Assembly: GCA_046597055.1 (NCBI GenBank)
Contig: JBKJLC010000257.1
Coordinates: 1 to 47,053 of the forward strand
DNA length: 47,053 nt
From: Kofleriaceae bacterium
Lineage (GTDB): Bacteria > Myxococcota_A > Polyangia > Haliangiales > Haliangiaceae
Direction: 5' to 3'
Positions 41,153 through 47,053 of the stretch are shown here, piece after piece. Under the pieces are notes generated by a model, which saw only the letters and a program-made list of their open reading frames with translations, searched no databases and was not told where the DNA came from. Each line of letters starts with the position of its first letter. Position 1 is the first letter of the stretch. Position numbers and translations under genes: made by a program.

Positions 41153-41611
41153 ATGGCCATCGTTCGTCGTGACAACCAGGACGGTGCTGGTTCGAGCTCG
41201 AGCCGCTACCTGCGTGACCCCTTCGCGCTCGCCCGCGAGCTGTTCAACTGGGACGTGCTCGGCGACCAGCGTCAGATCTCCACGTTCACGCCGGCCTTCG
41301 AGGTGAAGGAGACCGGCGACCAGTTCGTCGTTCGCGCCGACCTGCCCGGGGTCAAGGACGAGGAGGTCGACGTGTCGATGCACAACGGCGTGCTCTCGAT
41401 CACGGGCCGCCGCACGTCCGAAGACCGCCGAGAGGGCGAGAGCTATTACCTGTACGAGCGCCAGTACGGCGCGTTCTCGCGCAGCTTCGCGCTGCCCGAC
41501 GCCGCCGACTCCGACAAGGTCGAGGCCCGCCTCGAGCACGGCGTCCTCACGGTCCTGATCGGCAAGAAGGTCGAGGCCAAGCCGAAGAAGATCACGCTCA
41601 AGAAGAGCTGA
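41153..41611 (+). CDS. Hsp20/alpha-crystallin small heat-shock protein
   Basis: ADLPG, ER.YG.FSRSF.LP and GVL.V motifs, with an AGGAGG ribosome-binding site. Confidence 0.95.
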   Translation: MAIVRRDNQDGAGSSSSRYLRDPFALARELFNWDVLGDQRQISTFTPAFEVKETGDQFVVRADLPGVKDEEVDVSMHNGVLSITGRRTSEDRREGESYYLYERQYGAFSRSFALPDAADSDKVEARLEHGVLTVLIGKKVEAKPKKITLKKS

Positions 41612-41650
41612 CCCGCGCGGGTGGTCCGCCACCGTGGTACGCCGCAGGCC

Positions 41651-42082
41651 ATGCCGCGGATGACCGCTGACGACATCGATCGTTTCCTCGCCGAACACTT
41701 CCCGCAGGCGGCCGGCTACTGCCGGATCACGGCGATCGGCGCGGACACGATCGAGGTCGTGCTCCCGTACCGCGACGACTACCTGCGGCCGGGCGGGACC
41801 CTGTCGGGCCCGACGCTGATGACCCTGGCCGACACCGCGATGTACTTCCTGGTGCTCGCCCAGCTGGGCCCGATCGCGCTGGCGGTCACCACCAACCTGT
41901 CGATGAACTTCCTGCGCCGGCCGCCGCCGGCCGATCTCAACGCCACCGCACGCCTGCTCAAGCTGGGCAAGACGCTGGCGGTCGGCGAGATCCACATCCG
42001 CGGCGCCGACCAGGCGCTGGTGGCCCAGGCGTCGGCGACCTACGCGCTGCCGCCGCCCGGCGTGGCCGGCCCCGGCCGCTGA
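41651..42082 (+). CDS. PaaI-family thioesterase
   Basis: RPGGTLSGP..LADT and AVTTNL.MNFLR motifs. Confidence 0.9.
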   Translation: MPRMTADDIDRFLAEHFPQAAGYCRITAIGADTIEVVLPYRDDYLRPGGTLSGPTLMTLADTAMYFLVLAQLGPIALAVTTNLSMNFLRRPPPADLNATARLLKLGKTLAVGEIHIRGADQALVAQASATYALPPPGVAGPGR

Positions 42083-42084
42083 CG

Positions 42085-43002
42085 TCAGCGCCGCGCCGCG
42101 ATCCAGCCGGTCATCTCGACCGGCGGCGCGCTCGCGAACTGCAGCCGCTCGCCGGTGATCGGATGGATGAACCCGAGCGTCGCCGCGTGCAGCATCAACC
42201 GGGGCGCCGCCAGCAGCGTGCCGCCGCGCTCGGCGAAGTCCTTGCTGTAGACCTCCTCGCCGACCAGCGGATGGCCGGCCTCGGCCAGGTGGATGCGGAT
42301 CTGGTGGGTCTTGCCGGTCTCGAGCTGCACCTCGCACACGGTCGCGCCGCGCAGGCGCTCGACGATGCGGACGTGGGTGACCGCGCGCTTGCCCTGCCCG
42401 GCGTGCCCGGTCGAGCCGCGCAGGCCGTCGCCGCGGTCGGCGATCAGCCACGACTCGATCGTGCGCGGCTTGGCCTCGCCGTGGGCGACGCACAGGTACG
42501 TGCGCTCGCACGAGTGATCGCGAAGCTGCGCACCCAGCCCGACCTCGGCCCGCTTGCTCTTGGCGAACATCAGGAGCCCCGAAGTCGCCTTGTCGATGCG
42601 GTGCACCACGTGCAGCGGCGTCTCGGTCGCGCGCCGGCCCATGCGCCGCCACGCCCCGCGGATCAGATCCATCGCTGTGCCGAGCTCGCGCTCGTCGTAC
42701 GGCACCGATGACACGCCGGCCGGCTTGTCGATCACGACCACGTGGGCGTCGTCGTGGACCAGCACGCCCTCGCGCAGCGGATCGCGCGGCCGCGGGGCCG
42801 CCAGCCGGACCTCGACCGACTCGCCGCCGCGCACGCGGTGGTCGATCGTCGTCACCACCGCGCCATCGAGCAGGACCTTGCCGGTGGTGACCCAGCGCTT
42901 CACGACCGACCACGGCTCGCCCGCGTGATCGCGCACCACCGCGGCGACGGTCGCGCCGGCGGCGGCGGCAGGCACGGTCCAGGGCTCGGCGGGTGCGGGC
43001 AT
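42085..43002 (-). CDS. RluA/RluD-family pseudouridine synthase with S4-like N-terminus
   Basis: DKPAG, HRIDKATSG, TGKTHQIR and LHA motifs. Confidence 0.93.
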   Translation of the reverse strand: MPAPAEPWTVPAAAAGATVAAVVRDHAGEPWSVVKRWVTTGKVLLDGAVVTTIDHRVRGGESVEVRLAAPRPRDPLREGVLVHDDAHVVVIDKPAGVSSVPYDERELGTAMDLIRGAWRRMGRRATETPLHVVHRIDKATSGLLMFAKSKRAEVGLGAQLRDHSCERTYLCVAHGEAKPRTIESWLIADRGDGLRGSTGHAGQGKRAVTHVRIVERLRGATVCEVQLETGKTHQIRIHLAEAGHPLVGEEVYSKDFAERGGTLLAAPRLMLHAATLGFIHPITGERLQFASAPPVEMTGWIAARR

Positions 43003-43129
43003 CGCGGCGCATCATGGGGTGCCGCGCCCGGGACGGCAACGGGTCGACCCGGACCCACGCGGCAGGCCGGTCGGGTCCACACCGACCCAGCGCCGGGCCA
43101 ACTCCCATGTGATCACGCGTGGATACATG

Positions 43130-43145
43130 TGGCATCGAGGTTGCG
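43130..43145 (+). promoter_or_regulatory. Sigma54 promoter for the 43186 membrane protein
   Basis: TGGCATCGAGGTTGCG is close to the TGGCAC-N5-TTGC consensus. Confidence 0.75.
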
Positions 43146-43185
43146 ATAGGGCCGAGGGCAACCCCCTCGCTCTGGAGATTCAGTC

Positions 43186-43578
43186 ATGAAGCCCGTCAAG
43201 TTTGTCCTGCTCGTCCTCGGTGCCCTGTGCGCGATCGCGATCTTCCTGCCGTTCGTCGAGCTCGGCCCGGTGAAGGCCTCGTTCTGGGAGCTGCGCACCG
43301 CCAAGGCCGGCCCCACGTTCATCGCGCTCATCGGCTCGCTCGCCCTGGCCGCCCTGGCCGGCCTCGGCGTCGCCAAGCAGCGCTTCACGCGCGGGATGGC
43401 CGCGGGCACCGCGGTGCTCGGCCTGATCATCGCCGCGATCACGATCCTCCAGTTCTCCCCCGAGGCGCCGTTCGGCAAGGTCGCCGGCATGGGCGCCAAG
43501 CTGCTGCTCGCCGGCGGCCTGCTCGGCTTCGTCGCCAGCGTGGTCGCGCTCATCAAGCCCGACCGCGCCCTCGCCTAG
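43186..43578 (+). CDS. Small four-TM membrane protein
   Basis: GGAG ribosome-binding site and four hydrophobic segments. Confidence 0.8.
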   Translation: MKPVKFVLLVLGALCAIAIFLPFVELGPVKASFWELRTAKAGPTFIALIGSLALAALAGLGVAKQRFTRGMAAGTAVLGLIIAAITILQFSPEAPFGKVAGMGAKLLLAGGLLGFVASVVALIKPDRALA

Positions 43579-43629
43579 CGACCCCGCCACCATCTCGGCC
43601 TGCGTGGTAAGACGCCCGCGGAGGGCCTC

Positions 43630-44775
<1,146 letters not shown>

Positions 44776-44816
44776 CCGGCGGTCGCCATCGGGCCCGGAC
44801 CGGTCATGGTGGGGGC

Positions 44817-45506
44817 ATGATTTCGTCGCCCCCGAAGATCCTCCTCGTCCTCACCAGCCACGATCGCCTCGGCGAGACCGGCAAGCCGACCGGCGCCTAC
44901 CTGGGCGAGGTCGCTCACCCGTACGACGTGTTCACCAAGGCCGGCTTCGCGATCGACCTCGCCTCGCCGCTCGGAGGCCGGCCGCCCCTCGACGGCCTCG
45001 ACAAGATCGACCCGATCAGCCAGGCCTTCCTCGACGACAAGGAGGCGCAGGGTCGGCTCGAGCGCACCCAGCGTCCGTCCGAGGTCGACGCCGCGGCCTA
45101 CGACGCGATCTTCTACGCCGGCGGCCACGGCACGATGTGGGACTTCCCGGGCGACGAGCGGCTGGCCGCGATCGCGGCCGCCATCTACCAGCGTGGCGGT
45201 GTGGTCGCCGCGGTCTGCCATGGCCCGGCTGCCCTGGTGAACGTCAAGCTCGCCGACGACTCGTACCTGGTCGCGGGCAAGGAGGTCGCCGCCTTCACCA
45301 ACGCCGAAGAAAAGGCGGTCGGCCTGACCGAGGTGGTGCCGTTCCTGCTCGCCGACGAGCTGACCCGGCGCGGCGCGGTCCACCGCGCGGGTCCCGACTG
45401 GCAGCCCAAGGTCGTGACCAGCGACCGCCTGGTCACCGGTCAGAACCCGGCGTCGGCCACCGGGGTCGCCGAGGCCGTGGTCGCGCTGCTCGCAGACCGG
45501 CCCTGA
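44817..45506 (+). CDS. DJ-1/PfpI (Hsp31-like) type 1 glutamine amidotransferase-domain protein
   Basis: VLTSH, TG.YL.E..HPY, GGHG.MWD, AVCHGP and TGQNP motifs. Confidence 0.93.
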   Translation: MISSPPKILLVLTSHDRLGETGKPTGAYLGEVAHPYDVFTKAGFAIDLASPLGGRPPLDGLDKIDPISQAFLDDKEAQGRLERTQRPSEVDAAAYDAIFYAGGHGTMWDFPGDERLAAIAAAIYQRGGVVAAVCHGPAALVNVKLADDSYLVAGKEVAAFTNAEEKAVGLTEVVPFLLADELTRRGAVHRAGPDWQPKVVTSDRLVTGQNPASATGVAEAVVALLADRP

Positions 45507-45515
45507 GCCGCGCCC

Positions 45516-46157
45516 TCAGTACCAGCTGACGCCGAGCTGCAGGGTCCCGCCCATCACCGTGCCTTCGCGATAGCGGGCGGCGGTCACCAGCACCTCGCCC
45601 GACAGCGCGAAGCTGCCCCGGCGGTACAGGTCGAGGCCGCCGGCCCCGATGACGCCGACCCCGAAGAACTCTCGGACCGTCTCCTCGGGCATGGACTCGG
45701 TGCGGCGCGTGAAGACGGCCAGGCCGGTGCCACCGCGCACCCACAGCGCGTCCTTCAGGTAGAGCTGGCCGCCGAGCGTGACCAGCATGCTCTGGTTGAC
45801 GCGGCGCCCCTGGTCGTCGCCCTGTCGATACAAGGTGCCCGCCACCTCGAGCAGCCAGACCCAGCGCGGGGACGCCACCGTGCCGATCCGGAGGTCGAAG
45901 CCCCCACCGGTACCGCTCGATTCGCGGACCCCGAAGCCGACCTGCATGCTGGGTCCGGACGCGACGCCGATGGCCAGCCCCTCGCGGACCGAGTCCGGCT
46001 CGAGGTTGGCCTCGCGCGCCTCGGCGACCGCGCGCGGGTCGGGGCGGATCGGGGGCAGTTCGTCGGCGGTCGTCGACGGGCTCGCGACGTCGGCGGTCGC
46101 GGTGACAGGGACGATCGCGATCGCCGGTAGCAGCGAGCGGAGCGCCCGCGCGATCAC
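45516..46157 (-). CDS. Small outer-membrane beta-barrel-like protein
   Basis: Signal peptide, alternating strands, and a terminal LQLGVSWY. The GTG start overlaps the ferredoxin stop. Confidence 0.7.
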   Translation of the reverse strand: MIARALRSLLPAIAIVPVTATADVASPSTTADELPPIRPDPRAVAEAREANLEPDSVREGLAIGVASGPSMQVGFGVRESSGTGGGFDLRIGTVASPRWVWLLEVAGTLYRQGDDQGRRVNQSMLVTLGGQLYLKDALWVRGGTGLAVFTRRTESMPEETVREFFGVGVIGAGGLDLYRRGSFALSGEVLVTAARYREGTVMGGTLQLGVSWY

Positions 46158-46525
46158 TTCTCGGGCTCGATCCGGACCGGGGCGAACCCGGTCGCGCCGC
46201 CGAGGTGGGGCTGCGCGGGGATGAGCAGCCGCTCGACCACCTGACCATTGACCAGGTGGCGCTCGACAATCTCGGCGACGTCGGCCGGGGTGACCGCGCC
46301 GTACCAGACCTGCTCGGGGTAGACGACCACGGTGACGCCGTGCTCGCACTGATCGAGACAGCCGGCGTTGTTGGCGCGGATCCGGTGGCCGAGGCCGCGC
46401 CGGGACAGCTCCTTCTTGAGGGCGTCGCGCACCTCGGGGCCACCGCGCAGCTTGCAGCTGCCCTTGGGATGGTCGGGGGCGCGCTCGTTGATACAGACGA
46501 AGACGTGACGCTCGAGGCTCGGCAT
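46154..46525 (-). CDS. Thioredoxin-like [2Fe-2S] ferredoxin
   Basis: HVFVC.N.R...PKGSC, GCLDQC..G and VVYPE.VWY motifs. Confidence 0.92.
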   Translation of the reverse strand: MPSLERHVFVCINERAPDHPKGSCKLRGGPEVRDALKKELSRRGLGHRIRANNAGCLDQCEHGVTVVVYPEQVWYGAVTPADVAEIVERHLVNGQVVERLLIPAQPHLGGATGFAPVRIEPEK

Positions 46526-46554
46526 CCTGGCGACGAAGCTACCACGGCGTCGTG

Positions 46555-46658
46555 GGTCCGGCCGGCGGACAGCGGCGTCCGGGTTCCGGCCACGGATGTC
46601 CGGCTTCCGGACACCGGGCACGCGGCTCCGCCGGGTTGGCCGCGGCACGCCCCGTGCT
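46555..46658 (+). promoter_or_regulatory. Three phased palindromes followed by a sigma54 promoter
   Basis: TGTCCGG-N3-CCGGACA-like sites at 46555, 46576 and 46597, then CGGCACGCCCCGTGCT at 46643-46658. Confidence 0.65.
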
Positions 46659-46670
46659 CACGGCGATGGG

Positions 46671-47053
46671 ATGCGAGCGACCGCTGGATGCGGGTCGGCG
46701 GCCCTCCGCCTCATGACCGTGGTGATCGTGGCCGCGTGCGTCGAGCCCGCCGGGTCGGCCGACGCGCTCGCCGGCGCGGTCGCCGCGTGTCACCGCGCGC
46801 CGGCCTGCCCGGCGCCGGTCGACTGCGACGATCCGCGGTGGCCGACCCTGGCCGCCCCGTTGCTCGACGCGATCGCCGTCTGCCTGGCGGGTCCGTGCGA
46901 GGCCCGCGCGGCGTGCATGGCGGCGGCCGACGAGACCGGCTCAGTCCATCGGCGCGGCGCTGCCGGACAGGGTCTGATCGATGATCTGCGCCGGGATGGC
47001 GAGCACCTCGGCGATCCGGGCCATCTCGGCGTACTCCTCGTCGGCGACGTGGC
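46671..47053 (+). CDS. Small Cys-rich putative lipoprotein with no stop codon in the window
   Basis: Manual translation MRATAG...VVIVAACVEP...CHRAPAC..DCDDPRW..VC...C...C. The frame runs on antisense into the next gene. Confidence 0.45.
   Translation, partial: MRATAGCGSAALRLMTVVIVAACVEPAGSADALAGAVAACHRAPACPAPVDCDDPRWPTLAAPLLDAIAVCLAGPCEARAACMAAADETGSVHRRGAAGQGLIDDLRRDGEHLGDPGHLGVLLVGDV
46941..47053 (-). CDS. C-terminal end of a probable TerB-like protein
   Basis: Manual translation HVADEEYAEMARIAEVLAIPAQIIDQTLSGSAAPMD* with typical codon usage. Confidence 0.5.
   Translation of the reverse strand, partial: HVADEEYAEMARIAEVLAIPAQIIDQTLSGSAAPMD

Overview
Very GC-rich bacterial chromosomal DNA with myxobacterial character (large Ser/Thr kinases, many lipoproteins, sigma54 promoters; the taxon is an inference). 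About 40 real genes are present and most of the supplied ORFs are high-GC shadows. The window holds a partial four-helix-bundle gene with pyrimidine-rich repeats and REP-like hairpins, a secreted Cys-repeat protein, mntP, a kinase-STAND-TPR protein, a beta-oxidation pair, tspO, a beta-barrel, and a CxxCH lipoprotein. It also has an AMP-ligase/NadE/ACP/AsnB cassette, a poly-Asp plus histone-H1-like protein, a Tat DUF362 protein, ettA with a Walker-B E-to-G change, a divergent PP2C/kinase pair, and hrpB. The last third carries a MerR regulator with a perfect operator and a thioredoxin-MerT-HMA fusion, 5-oxoprolinase, Hsp20, and other housekeeping genes. No rRNA, tRNA, CRISPR array or transposase was seen. 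The best leads are the ACP double-amidotransferase cassette, the acidic/basic protein, the MerR fusion operon, a covarying REP family with a ~100-nt duplicated element, phased enhancer arrays, and widespread leaderless gene starts. All family assignments come from motif recognition by eye, not from database searches.
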